Program-made: the position numbers and the translations under genes
The notes under the pieces: model-generated
What the model saw: the letters and a program-made list of their open reading frames with translations, nothing else
Told to the model about the DNA's origin: nothing
Database searches by the model: none
Part shown: piece after piece, positions 1-14,573 of the stretch
Layout: every line of letters begins with the position of its first letter
Position numbering within the stretch: position 1 is the first letter of the stretch
DNA from: Octopus vulgaris
Lineage: Eukaryota
Assembly (NCBI GenBank): GCA_951406725.2
Contig: OX597817.1
Location: 46,252,001-46,316,000, forward strand
Length of the DNA stretch: 64,000 bases
Direction of reading: 5' to 3'

Positions 1-263
1 TTTTTTGTAAACATACTGCAATAAATCAAACCTATACGATGCTTATATAGTCACCTATTCACGTTCGACTCAATTCCAGTTTAATCACAGATATTGCACT
101 GCTATGAATGTATAATCACTTCCGAAGCTGTCGCCACTATCTTGTATTTCTATGTATATTCATGCATTTTGATATCTCTCTTTCTCTCTCTCTATATATA
201 TATATATATGTATCTTTTCTTCTCTCACTTCTCACTCTCTTTCTCACCTTCCTCCCTCACTCA

Positions 264-329
<66 letters not shown>

Positions 330-585
330 GTTTGTATGTATGTACATCCAGTGCATACCTATCTATATGCATATCACCTTTCATTTTCGCTTCCTTTGTA
401 TTCCTCTTCGTATATATATATATATATATATATAAACATGTATATATATACATGTATATATGTATGTATATATATGTATATATACACACAAATTTATATT
501 TATGTATCTATGTATGAATAAATGTATGAATGTATGTATGCATGTATACATATATATTATTTTTAACAAATATAGTATTTACCAC

Positions 586-920
586 AAATTCGAAGTTTCA
601 GGCTTGTAAACCATCATCGGACTGTAGTAAATTTGACTTGATCTTGGCATTATATATCCTCTATTGATTAAAACGTTTCTGTAGTATGAAGAGCTATTTT
701 CAATGATAATTACATTGGAGGTAAGATTACAGCGGAGTGGTGGTATAGAAAATTTTTATTGAATAAATTTGGGGTTGAGGTATTGTTCAGAATTTATTCA
801 TGCATTTCGCTCTTTGTAATCAAATGTTTATTTAAGTGCGTCAGCCTCAGGTTAATGCAGTCGTTTTAGGATTGTTTAGTTTGTGTATTATCTGAATACT
901 AAGGGAATTTAACTTTTTGT
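586..920 (-). mobile_element. Penelope-like element 3'/pseudo-LTR relic with degenerate hammerhead (586-624)
   Basis: Minus strand has CAGT-CCGATGA-tggtttacaagcct-GAAA-CTTCG. It resembles 2455-2640 in the opposite orientation (AACCCC...TCAATAAAAA). Confidence 0.4.
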
Positions 921-1105
921 TTGTGAGCCCTTAAAACATGCATGACGCAAAATCTAACACATCTATTTACCAAGGATTAATTGGTAGGCTGAAGTCTGAA
1001 CTTTAATCTTCACATAACTAGAAAAGATTAAGTACCCCATTAGTATCTATATAGTACCTTCAAGAACTCAAACTAGTGGAGTATCTACTGACTAACTGAC
1101 CCTTT

Positions 1106-1141
<36 letters not shown>

Positions 1142-1184
1142 ACACACACACACATACACACATATATATATATATATATATATA

Positions 1185-2349
1185 CTAGCATTAAAGACCC
1201 GTCGTTGCCGGGTCATAGTGCTAGTGCATGTATATATGTGTATATATATGTGTACATATTACATGTACATCTATATATATATATATACATCTACACATAA
1301 AATACAAAATACAAAGTTATAACTTGATATCACTAGTGATAACAATACTCAAAATATATAACAGACTGGAATTGTTAGCCCGTCACTTGTAATTTCGATC
1401 AATTGCATCTTGTCCTCCCTCTTGTATAGAATTGTGACTACAATCCACCCTACCTCTACTTCTGAGGGGGGGGGGGGGCATTAAACATTTTTTCCGGAAC
1501 GTTCTACGTCCCAGATATAAATGTAAAAATAAAATAATTCCACTTCGCAAACTCGAGTCGAGTACTCCCTTGCACGCCCCGTTGACTCGAACCTTGCTTC
1601 TATTGTGGCGAATTTACCGCCTCAATAGATACCTTTCATAGTCGCACCAAGACACTTTTTGAAGGTGCTTTCATCCATATGTTCAAATCTTTTTTCTCTA
1701 CATTGTATACTTTAGAGACAATAGTCTTTTCTTTAATTTAATTTATTATTATTCCTCTGGACTATTCCATTTCTGCACGCTATTTTTAATTTATTCCCAT
1801 TCATGTGAAACCACTTATTCAAGTTCAAATCATTGATGCAATTTATACCAATTGCTATTTTTACTTTTGTCATGTTACTTTAGTTTGATTTTAATTATTA
1901 CTTACTACATATAATTCAATTGTTATTATTATTTTTATTGTTAAAGTGAAAGTATCTGACATAAAATAGAGAAACGTTTTCGTTTCACTTTTAACACGTA
2001 ATACTGAAATAGTGGAGAAGATATGATATTGCTATGGGCTCGCTCTAGGCAAGAAGTTGAACATTTGTTTTGCCCATGAAACTACATGGATCCTAAGTAA
2101 GGTATGTGTAAAATTTGAATGGAATTGATTGTGTAGTTCTGAAGTTTTAGGGAATCGTAGTGGAGAAGATATGATATTGCTGTGAGCTCGCCCTAGGCAA
2201 ACAGTTAAAATTGTCTTTTGCCGATGACACTCCCCGGACCCTCAGTAAGGCATGTGTAAAATTTGAATGAAATCGGTTGTGTAGTTCTCATGTTTTAGGG
2301 AAACACACAGACAGACAGACACACATTCTCAGTTTTATATATATAAAGA
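1185..2349 (-). mobile_element. Non-autonomous Helitron
   Basis: Minus strand starts A|TCTTTATATATATAAAA followed by (TGTC)n. It ends with hairpin GACCCG...CGGGTC (1196-1214) and CTAG|T (1185-1188). Inserted at an AT site with no TSD. Internal ~150 bp tandem duplication around 2010-2300. Confidence 0.8.
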
Positions 2350-2592
2350 TATATTCTTTCGAGAACTCATATAAACATCCCCATCACTTCAAACTGGCAT
2401 ATAAATAGACACGCACAATTACAAAGTTTTTAATGCATGGGTGATTTCTGATCAATTCCACAACCCCAGATTAATCAATAAAAAATGTCATAACACCTCC
2501 CCATCAAACGCTTACAACCAAAATAATACCAATGATCAAAGCTACACCTACACCAGAAAGACTATAAGAAGTGAAGACAAATCAAATGTGCC

Positions 2593-2637
2593 GCAGTCCG
2601 TTGATGCCTCAGCGGGCTGGAACATCGAAGTCACTGT
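2593..2637 (+). ncRNA. Decayed minimal type I hammerhead (Penelope-type)
   Basis: GCAGT-CCGTTGA-t-GCC tcagcg GGC-t-GGAA-C atcgaa G-TC-ACTGT. The three helices pair but the core carries substitutions. Confidence 0.45.
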
Positions 2638-2743
2638 CAGTACTATTCTTGGTAAAGAACAGTAATTTTGGTTTCTACAAAGAGTATTATGTAATCCATT
2701 AGTTTAATATAAAAGTGTTATTATACCTTAATACCTCTGTCAG

Positions 2744-2788
<45 letters not shown>

Positions 2789-2874
2789 ATACATACATAT
2801 TTATATATATACGTGTGTACTAAGTTGAAAAGGAATACACGAGTTGATATATATAAAATAGATAAAAAAATAAA

Positions 2875-3080
2875 TGCGCCCTGTTTAGAGCCTAGCCAGG
2901 TTCATGGGCCGAGTTTCCCGGTTTCTGTAGCGTATGTGATACCCAGCTGAGCGGGACGCCAGTCCATCGCAGTGTTACTCAGTTTTGACAGCTGAGTGGA
3001 CTGGGGCAACGTGAAATGAAGAGTTTTACTCAAGAACACAACGCGTCGCCTGGACCAGCAATCGATCATGATGCTGACAC
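2875..3080 (-). mobile_element. tRNA-derived SINE, 5'-truncated (family of 57719-57964)
   Basis: Shares CGGGACGCCAGTCCATCGCAG and CAGCTGAGTGGA...CAAGAACACAACGCG with 57719-57964. Confidence 0.75.
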
Positions 3081-4016
3081 CCTCGAGTTGATATATATGT
3101 ATATGGAAAAAATGTCAAGGTAGAAAATGCTAAAACAATGTTATAAAAATATTTCAGTACCACTTTCGGTAATTGAGACTTTTTCAACTGTAAGTATGGA
3201 AAACAATTAAATTTTGGTAAAATTAAAAGAAAAGATTTGTAAAAGAATATTCGCATAGTATTCAAATACAATTTGTGCGTGTTGTTGTTCCCATATAACA
3301 CGACAGGGCGCAAGGAGAGTAGCGAAGCTAGAGGCTAATTAACATGTCCTCTAAGCCCTGTAGCACTAGGATAACGATTCCATAAACAAGCAGAAAGAAG
3401 AGTATCTTTGAGAGGATCCCGTGTTTGTGAAACTAAACCTAGATTCTTTCTGTTAGTCCAGGTTTTTGTACGCTTTCAGCCAACATTCTAAGTTTGCTTT
3501 GGTCACCATCATTGAGTCAACCAATTCTCCTTTAAACTGGTGTTAAGTACCTGCCCGAGATTTATTACATACCGAAGGTTCTGTGATAAGCGGAATGGGA
3601 TTTCCTCCTACATTCAACTACAACACGGTGATATCCCTTTCTTCGAAAACACACAGTGAGACTTTGCAGATTTGAAGTTTATCCGTTCCCTTGCCAAGAG
3701 ATTCTCTAAGATATCTTATAGACTAAATATAGTAAAAACTCACTGTGTTATTTATAAGGAATTTTTAAAAAATGGGAGCACATATTCCTTTGTATTATTC
3801 ACACAGGTATTAGTTACTGGACAAAATATAATCAGAGGAGTACGTGTGCACTCACAATATTTGACCATCAAGTGCAGATGAACGAAATACGTACTGCTTA
3901 CTTTCATACATTATCAACAATTATGCCGCGCGTGTTCGTCTCTGCGTTTACGTGCGTTTGCACACACACACACACAACACACACACAAACACACACACAC
4001 ACACACACATACATAC

Positions 4017-4078
<62 letters not shown>

Positions 4079-4391
4079 AAATATTTATATACGGTGTGTG
4101 TATGTGTATGGGTACATTTTATGTGTAAAATGCGTCAAATGGATGAATGCACGTCCAGTGATATGCAGATATATAGCACAGTTTCTGATAAACAAACAGG
4201 CATAACGTGTGCTTCGACAGAAATATATACGCCAAAAGAGAAAATTAGAACACATGTATACAGACACACATACACACACAATCGCCAACCGCGAAAACAT
4301 CCTTAACTTAATGTGTATACGTGTATATTCTACTGTATATGTGTATATGTGTATATAACTACTGATTACTCACATACACATAAACACAGAT

Positions 4392-4423
<32 letters not shown>

Positions 4424-4470
4424 GTGTGTGTATACGTATATAATTTCAAAGATAGATATGAAGATATAGG

Positions 4471-4518
<48 letters not shown>

Positions 4519-4727
4519 TGCAAATACATGTACATGCGCATCTATATATGTACATATACGTATAAATACCTACAATTTTAATATGTATATATTATATGCA
4601 TAAATATATGCAATATATATGTGCGTGTGTGCACGCGCGTTGTGTGCATGTGTCTATGTGAATGCACATGTATATGTACATGTGCATGCACAAAGACATA
4701 AATATGTATGTATATATGCAAGTGTAC

Positions 4728-4784
<57 letters not shown>

Positions 4785-5036
4785 GTATATATATATACAT
4801 ACACAAACGAGCGCATACACACACACACACGCAAATACATGTGGTGAGTGAAGAAGTCAACAAGTGGACTAATTGAAATGCTGTGTAAAAAACATTGACC
4901 TTTATCTCTAGGACCCGAGACAGCGAACAGGACTTGAAAGGAAATCTAATTGCGCATGACTAGAGTGTAACAAATAACGAAATAGAACTAAGAGCAAAAC
5001 ATATATGTGTGTATGTGTGTGTATGCGAATATATAC

Positions 5037-5105
<69 letters not shown>

Positions 5106-5198
5106 TGCCAAAATCACAATAACAGCTGCATCCTCAATAGGAACAACGTTAACCATAACATCGAGATCTGTAAACTCATCATCTTCAACAATTATATA

Positions 5199-5240
<42 letters not shown>

Positions 5241-5311
5241 GGTCCCGGGTTGATTCGGGGTTAACCACAGTAAGTAAGGTACTCAATACATAGCAGAGTA
5301 AAATTAATTTA

Positions 5312-5714
<403 letters not shown>

Positions 5715-5727
5715 GTGTGTGCATATG

Positions 5728-5787
<60 letters not shown>

Positions 5788-6842
5788 TGTATATATATAT
5801 ATGTATATATATATATGTATGTGTATATATATATATATATATACACACACATATATATATATATACATATATATACAAACATACATACATACATACATGC
5901 GTACGTACTTACGTATATAGAAATTTATATACATAAAGATATATGTATATACACATATATATATGAATATATGTGTGTGTACACATACATACACACACAT
6001 ACACAATTATATATACATGCATATATATTTATACATATATAAATATACACGTATGTAAATGCATACACTCACACACAAACATCAGTGTGTGTGTGTTGTA
6101 TGTGTGTAGTCTGTGCGTGTGTGGGCGAGTGTGTGTGTGTGTGTGTTTAAGAATTTTATTTTGGATAAATATTAAGAGTCGAGAAGTAAAAGAATCTAAA
6201 ACAACAATAATAAAAGGAACAACAACAACATGTAGATAATCAGAGCGTGTGGAAAAACACATAAGTAGCATTAAGAAAATCGAGTCATATCGATTAGCAA
6301 ATATTTAGAATAATAACCATTACTAGCTTACTTCTTTCTCAACTAATTATTATTATTGTTATTATTATTATCATCATCATTCGGTAGTCTTGTTTTTATC
6401 ACGTGCTTTTGCTGCACCACCGAGCGCAGCTCTGTATGCCTTCGGTATGTTGTTGGTTTGTTGTGATAAAAGGAACAACAACAACATGTAGATAATCAGA
6501 GCGTGTGGAAAAACACATAAGTAGCATTAAGAAAATCGAGTCATATCGATTAGCAAATATTTAGAATAATAACCATTACTAGCTTACTTCTTTCTCAACT
6601 AATTTTTCCAGTTCCCTCGTTCTTACTTCAGGTTTTAATTATCTACAATTTTTTTTCTGATAATTAATTTTGGAATTTTTGACATTTTGTTGGATAATTT
6701 CATTCCATTTCTTAATTACTTGTTACTTTTATTTTAATATCTTTATATGCATTTTTACTTACTCTGTTATATCTGGCGCTGATTTCCTTCGAATTTCTGC
6801 TATTTTTAATGTCCCTTTCCATTAAAAAAAAAAAATTTATTA

Positions 6843-7189
6843 TTATATGTTTGACTTTTGCTTTGTATCTGAACAAGTCAGTTCCAACTCTTACCCAGAG
6901 ACCTCAAGAGACAACAAGTTAGAAGTTCATGTTGGTGTTATGCCTAGGGTGTCATATATTTGATCTAGAGACTGTTTTGATCTAGAGAATGTTTAAGAAA
7001 ACATAAAATTATAAGTTTGTTTTAAAATTTGAGATTACATAGGCAGTATTTTACGTACGATATGGGCAGTTCCCATGAACATTATCTTTTGAATTTCTGC
7101 CATTTTGGGGTTTCCTGGTATCAGTCCCTTTTGCTATCAGCTGGTATCGGAGCTAGTTAGGAACCAGCCCCTTTTGTTGTTTTTGTTGT

Positions 7190-7254
<65 letters not shown>

Positions 7255-7296
7255 TAATAATAATAATGATTATTATTATTATTATTATTATTATTA

Positions 7297-7331
<35 letters not shown>

Positions 7332-7758
7332 GTTATTATTATTATCATCATCATTCGGTAGTCTTGTTTTTATCACGTGCTTTTGCTGCACCACCGAGCG
7401 CAGCTCTGTATGCCTTCGGTATGTTGTTGGTTTGTTGTGATGCTCTTACTTTCATTGTATTACACGTGCTTTAAGTAGGATATGTGCAGTGCCTAGTAAT
7501 GCTATTCTCCTTATGTTTTATATTTTGTAATTCCTGGCGTTTTGGTTGTGTAGTCGTCTGAATATGTTTCAATCATACATAATACACCTATTATTATAGG
7601 GATTGTTGCTGTTTTTACGCTTCACACTCGAGTTGCCTCTATTCAGAAATGTTTGTATTCTGAGGTCTTCTCCGTTTCATCTAAAGATGAATTGTCATCT
7701 GCTGGTATTATTGTTATTATCATCATCATCATCATCATCATCATCATCGTCATCATCT

Positions 7759-7817
<59 letters not shown>

Positions 7818-7821
7818 AATG

Positions 7822-7875
<54 letters not shown>

Positions 7876-8752
7876 TTATATGTTTGAGTTTGCTTCGTAT
7901 TTGTACAAGTTGGCTCTAAGTCTCACCCAGAGACCCCAAGAGACAAGTTAAAAGTTCCTGATGGTGTTATGCCTAGGGTGTTATATATTTAGATTTGCAC
8001 AAAGTATTATTCTAGGAAATGTTTAAGAAAACATAAGAAAATTATAATCTTTTTTTAATTTTGAGATTACATAGTATTTACGTAGGATATGAGTAGTTCC
8101 CATGAGCACTACCTTTTGAATTTCTGCAATTTGGGGGTTTCCTGGTATCTGAGCTAGGTAGCAATCAGACCCTTTTTGCTGGGTCCCTAATGACAACAGG
8201 CATTGTTTTAGTTTTGAGGTTCCACATTTTGCCAATTTCTATTTCAAGATCTTTATACTTGCTCAGTTTTTGGTAGGTGTAGATGCATACATTTATGTCG
8301 ATTGGGACAGTCATATCAATGAGGAGGCATGATTTTTGTCTCAAGTCCTTTAATATAATGTCTGGCTTATTCGCATCTCTTTTTCTGTCAGTTTGAACGG
8401 TGAAGTTAGGGAGGAGTGAGATGTAACCATTTTCAAGCACTGGAAATGGTTTGTGTTCCCACCAGATTTTTCCATGTGGTATGACCAGGATTTTTTTGCA
8501 AATTACCCAGTGAATATATTGTACTGCAATATCATGCCTTTTCAGATACTCTGTAGGCGCAAGAAGACTGCAGATAGAGACAACATGATCAATGGTTTCA
8601 TTTTCTTGTTTACATACACGACATGTTGGGCTATTGTCGTTTTTTAATATGTTAGCCTGATAGCTCCTTGTAGGTAGACATTGATCTTAGGCTGCTATGA
8701 TAAACCCTTTTGTTTCTGATTTTAAACCAGAAATACTATTGATGGATAAGGG

Positions 8753-8819
<67 letters not shown>

Positions 8820-9775
8820 GATCAATTCTTGAGAACATGTGGTTCAGCTTGTACACAATCACTATGTCCAGCTTCTTGTGCCCTAACACCTGGTCTTTTT
8901 GGATTGGGAAATCCTACAGGATTTTGCAGGTCGCCGACTGTACATTTCTCCAAGTTTCGTGCTTATACCATGTCTTGCCTTTCTCTAGACCTCATTTTTC
9001 ATAACGGTCCAAATGTAGCACTTGTCGCCACAACATACAATGGTTTTGGGCAAGTCTAGTACACATTATTTACATTCGACGGATACTTGTCCTCATCTTG
9101 TTTGTTGTTAACACAACGTTTCGGCTGATATACCCTCCAGCCTTCATCAGGTGTCTTGGGGAAATTTCGAACCTTGGTTCCCCTTCCTAAGGTATTTTTC
9201 GATGTTATTATTATTATTATCATTATTATTATTATTATCATTATTCAGTAGTTTTATTTTTTATATCGTGCTTTCGCTTCAGTACCGAGTGCAGCTCTGT
9301 GTACCTTGGGCATGTGCTGTGATTTGTTGTGATGCTCTGATGGTTATTGTATGGAAATAGTTCTGCGTAGGATGTGTGCAGTGCTTAGTAGTACAATTTT
9401 CTGTATGTTATATATGTTTGTAAGTCCTGGTGTTTTTGTTATGTATTTGTCTGAATATTTTTTATCATGCCTAATGCACCTATTATGATAGGAATTGTTT
9501 CTGTTTTTAAATTCCACATTCTGGTTACTTCTATTTCCAGGTCTTTGTATTTTGAAAGTTTCTCCATTTCTTTTAGAGACACGTTGTCATCCGCTGGTAT
9601 TGATACATCAATTAGAAAACATTTTTTTCTTCATGATCTCTCACAACAATATCTGGTCTGTTGGCCTTAATTTCGCTATCTGTGTGTATTGGCATATCCC
9701 AGAGTATGGTTGCTTTCTCGTTTTCTGTGACCTTTTCTGGTGTGTGCCTATACCATCTTTTTTCTGTTGTTATTA
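6843..9775 (-). mobile_element. Stack of about five R4/Dong-like (RLE-type) non-LTR retrotransposon 3' fragments separated by (TAA)n/(TTA)n
   Basis: Minus-strand translations include QTDRKRDANKPDIILKD...CLLIDMTVP...KLSKYKDLEIEIGKMWNLKT, IQKVVLMGTTHILRK and LWDFPIQKDQVLGHKKLDIVIV, typical of PD-(D/E)xK endonuclease C-termini. Fragments at ~6843-7190, 7355-7705, 7880-8750, 8820-9055 and 9243-9775. Confidence 0.8.
9057..9205 (-). mobile_element. Short repeat carrying a minimal hammerhead (9110-9155); second copy at 15320-15490
   Basis: Minus strand: GACAC-CTGATGA-A-GGCTG gagggtatat CAGCC-GAAA-CG-TT-GTGTT. Helices I and II pair; helix III is reduced to palindromic ACGT. Confidence 0.7.
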
Positions 9776-9779
9776 TTAT

Positions 9780-9875
<96 letters not shown>

Positions 9876-9898
9876 CAGCAGCAGTAGTAGTAGTAGTG

Positions 9899-9933
<35 letters not shown>

Positions 9934-10900
9934 CACAATGCTGGCGATGGAGACTGCAGTGGTGCTGTGAATTTATGAATCTATAGAACGACTGACAAAT
10001 ACTCAACCATATTGGAAATGTCGAAATATAATTTGGATCAAGACAGGTTCCGTTGAATAAATGAAGACCGTTCTGAGCCGGCTCTTTCCTGTAGAGGCCA
10101 TAAGCAAATTACGATATTGAATGAAGTGAAGGCGGATTTCGTGAAGAAAGTAGAATGAGATGGATGCAAAATCTGTAATGCCATGTAATTTGGAAAGAGA
10201 GGAAACGATGCCAAAAAATTGTTCTCATTTTTTTAAAAGACGTTATTTGTCAGTGTGAGAGCGAAAGAGGTAATGCAGAATGGACTCAAGTAATAGCTAG
10301 CAATTTCGCTCAAAAAATAATTGAAAACAAGGATTTATAAATAGCATGGTTTTCAGAACAACAAAAAATAAGTCAAATTTGCTTTTGATCACGTCCTGTC
10401 TTCTCAAAAATTGCACTGACATGTCAGATAAAGAAATCCATTCATGGATTTCTTTATCGAATTGGCACGACGGGCACGCTTCTATTCATTAATAAACTCG
10501 AACAGAGCTGAACTAGAAATGAACAGCAACATTTCCTTCTATGTGTTTAGAACGTGTGCTTAGATTCTACCAAAGTTGATTTAGATTCCGTTTTCCTATC
10601 CAGACCTTATCAATAATATACGCACTGGACACATTTCTGTCGATTATAGAACATAACTAAAAATGGCCTGCTTACGTGCAGTGAAAAGAGATTAGGAGAA
10701 TTAAATAAAAATATACAAAAATTCCCTCACTACGTTTATTAAGAATGCTTTATGATGATTATATTAAAAGTAGATTGGGTTTCATTTCATTTCATTTCAT
10801 TTCCACACAACCACATATATACACAGACGCATAGAAAGAGTGATATGTATACATATACTAACATTTTACGTTTATTTCACATATGTAAATATATACATAC

Positions 10901-11044
<144 letters not shown>

Positions 11045-11904
11045 TATCAACAATCGTATACTATACCTGTATACACACACATATATATATACACACACTC
11101 ATATATATATATATGTATATACATATATATGTATGTATGTCTATTTGTGTGTTTTATAATATAATATAATCTTTTTCTCTCGAAGAGGGATAAATTGAAT
11201 AATTTGATTAGGAATTTTATTTCGGTGAACGGAAAAATAATTAGGCGAATATTAGATACGATGTGATACGGTAGAAGTTTATTTAAATTAATTTGAAATT
11301 TGTTTGCAAGAAATCGAATTTAATTCAATGATTAAGTGAAATCTGCCGATATGCCATAACATAAATAGGCATAAGCGACTCTGAAATGAAGCAAACACGC
11401 CATGCGTTGGTCACATTTTCGAAGAGAAAATAGCGTTAATTACGTTTAATTGCGTTTAGCAGGCGGTGAAGTTCCATACGGACTTCGCGTCTGTATTTCT
11501 GGGTACGTAACACCGTGTGCGTATGTGTTGCGTATAAATGTGTGTGTATATACGTGCGCCTGTGGTGTGTACATGTGTGTTGTGTGCATTTGCATGTGTA
11601 TGTGTATGTATGTCTGTAATAGTTGTTTGTGTATTGGTCTATGTTTGTTCTTAATGTGTGAGCAGGTTTGTTTGGCTTGAGTGTAGGTGTTTATGCTGGA
11701 TAACATTTTTTTAAAAAGTGTGTGTTCACAAATTATATTCCCCCAATAAACACAGCTAGAAATTGGCATACGTATTGGCACAGTACACATACACACGTGT
11801 TTATACATACGAGTGAGCGCCCATTGATATGTATTGGTAGAAATTCTATGCGCCTTTATGCATGTATCCATGCCTATACGCACATACATACATACACACA
11901 CACG

Positions 11905-11936
<32 letters not shown>

Positions 11937-12045
11937 GCAAACAAATACATATATGGGTGTTGTGATATACGTATGTATATACTTATATGTGTGTATGAGC
12001 GTGTGTTTATGCGTCTCTCTCCTTTCTATTTCTTTACATACATAC

Positions 12046-12082
<37 letters not shown>

Positions 12083-12208
12083 GATAGAGAGATAGATAGA
12101 GATAGAGATACTTGCAAATACATGCATTCTTTTGAAAGAGAAGGATGAGATTAAAAATCTAAAATTTACAGATTTGTGATTGCAACCTTACACACTCACA
12201 CACAAAAT

Positions 12209-12264
<56 letters not shown>

Positions 12265-12358
12265 GCATATATATATATACATATATATATGCATATATAT
12301 ATATATACATACATACATACATGCATACATATATGCATACATATATACATATACACAA

Positions 12359-12422
<64 letters not shown>

Positions 12423-12490
12423 ATATATATATGTATATATATATGTATGTATGCATGTATATATGTATATATGTATGTATGTATATATGC

Positions 12491-12537
<47 letters not shown>

Positions 12538-13561
12538 CGCGCCCACACATATAGTAGCAAATCCAGCGGAGTGCAGTTATTAGGATAATTTAATGATCCT
12601 AACTCGCACACATACACAAACACACAAACACACATACACAAAAAATAAAAACAAACAAACAAACGCACAAACACACGACATTATCACTCACACATAAAGC
12701 AGTATCTAATGAAACACGTAGAAAAGCGTATGTGGATATGCTTGTATGGAAGATATACGATAACATTTATTTCGTATATCAAGGCGTGAGTTGAATTTAA
12801 TTGGAAACCGAGGCATTTGGTTCAATTCAGGTGAATCGAATAATGAATTAAATTATATATTTCTTCATATTAAAGTTCATTCTCCCTTCCTCGTCTTTCC
12901 CAACTTCATCACCTACGAGGTTCTTAATCTAGCGTTACTGTTACTTTCACTGCGCATATATGTTTTCTAAGTCATATGTAGTTTTCTTTTCCTGCTGCCG
13001 AGAATTATTATTTAATCTTTTCTTCTGCTGTTTTGCTTTTCAACGCAATCTTCGTTTTAAGGTCTCATTTATAATTAAAGGAAAGTAGCAGTTTGGATAA
13101 CGTGTGAACAATTACTTGGTAGGTTAGTTTTGATCTTTTATAGTAGACGTTGGTGTAATGTTGTATTATCCAACTTTTTTGTTTTTTAAAGATAGTGTTT
13201 ATAATATAATAATGTATTCGATACTTCGTACTTCTGATATGGCGTTGTCATTGAAAAAGTTACCTCGAATTAGGGTACGTTTCCTATACAAATACGGTAG
13301 AAGAATACAAATCAAACACAGAGAGAAAGGGAGAGACCGGGGGGTGAAGATGAGAAGTAGGGAGTAAGTGATCCACTATGAATTCTCAGAAACTGCACCA
13401 TATATTTCTTTATTGCCCACAAGGGGCTAAACATAGAGGGGACAAACAAGGACAGACAAAGGGATTAAGTCGAATACATCGACCCCAGTGCGTAACTGGC
13501 ACTGTATTTAATCGAAGCGGTGTCGTAAGTCAAGTTATACATGATTTGCATCTATACACGT

Positions 13562-13860
13562 GAAGGCACATGGCCTAGTGGTTAGAACAGTGGACTCGCG
13601 GTCGATGGATCGCGCGTTCGAATCTCAGACCGGGCGATGTGTGTGTTTATTGGCGAAACACCTAAGTTCCACGCGGCTCCGGCAGAAGGTAATGGCGAAC
13701 TTCTGCTGACTCTTTCACCACAACTTTCTCTCACTCTTTCTTCTTGCAGCTCACCTGCGACGGACCGGCGTCCCGTCCAGGTGGGGAACATATATGCCAA
13801 GGAAACCAGGAAACCGGTCGTTATGAGCCAAGCATGACTCGAGAAGGAACAAACAAAAAC
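13562..13860 (+). mobile_element. tRNA-derived SINE (family 2)
   Basis: A box TGGCCTAGTGG, B box GTTCGAATC, (AAC)n-like tail. Paralog at 14574-14862. Confidence 0.85.
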
Positions 13861-14573
13861 AAGCGTCTATACCTATTATCGGATTTTGTTAAGGCCTCAT
13901 ATGGTAAGCATGTGGGTTGGGAAAATGTGAGTAGAGTGTGATGTGCTAGCAACCATCTCCCCTTTTAATAAAGTAAAAACAACAACACAAATAACTACAC
14001 AGAGGCAGCCCTGGTTGAAACAAGAACAACAAGCATTATTAAAAGAGGAAAGAATCACGGAAAAATGAAATAACTCTAGCATTTCAGTTTGGGCAAGTGT
14101 ATCATATGTGCCAACTTCGGAGTAACCAGTGAACATCGAAGAATCAACACCAAGAAGGAAGAAATATTAATTGCATATATGTATTCGTTTCCCTGTCAGG
14201 TAGTTAGAGACAGTAGAATATGTAGTGATAGCGAAATTCATTTTCGATAGTGACAAAAAGGTTGCTGTCTGCCAGTAGAGAGGGAAAGAGTAAGGAATGC
14301 ACGATGCTGACTATTACGGAAGAAAGGAATAAGGTGGCTCTGCTCTGATTGGCTGTATGCAAATTAGTTCATTACTGGGATCCGGAACTCTCGTGGGGAA
14401 AAAAATCGCATCTATCGTAAGGGCATCTCCCTAATCACTAGGCTACGCACGTTCACCAGAAACACTATGACTGGCCAAATAAGGGATCCGCTCCGAAAGT
14501 GGAAATTCTGCTTCCTTAAGATTTCAATGAACGTTTATCACATTCATATGTTTGTTTCATACCATATGTGTTG

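Noticed and set aside
3330-3720. Possible RLE-LINE RT traces on the minus strand (also 46600-47230) and PLE traces (12800-13000, 23100-23300)
   Set aside because: Only short, frameshifted motif resemblances were seen; a profile search is needed before calling them.
13562-13635. tRNA-like heads here and at 14574, 57640-57706 and 57890-57964
   Set aside because: The cloverleaves are imperfect, have no terminator and continue into shared repeat bodies, so they are SINE heads rather than tRNA genes.
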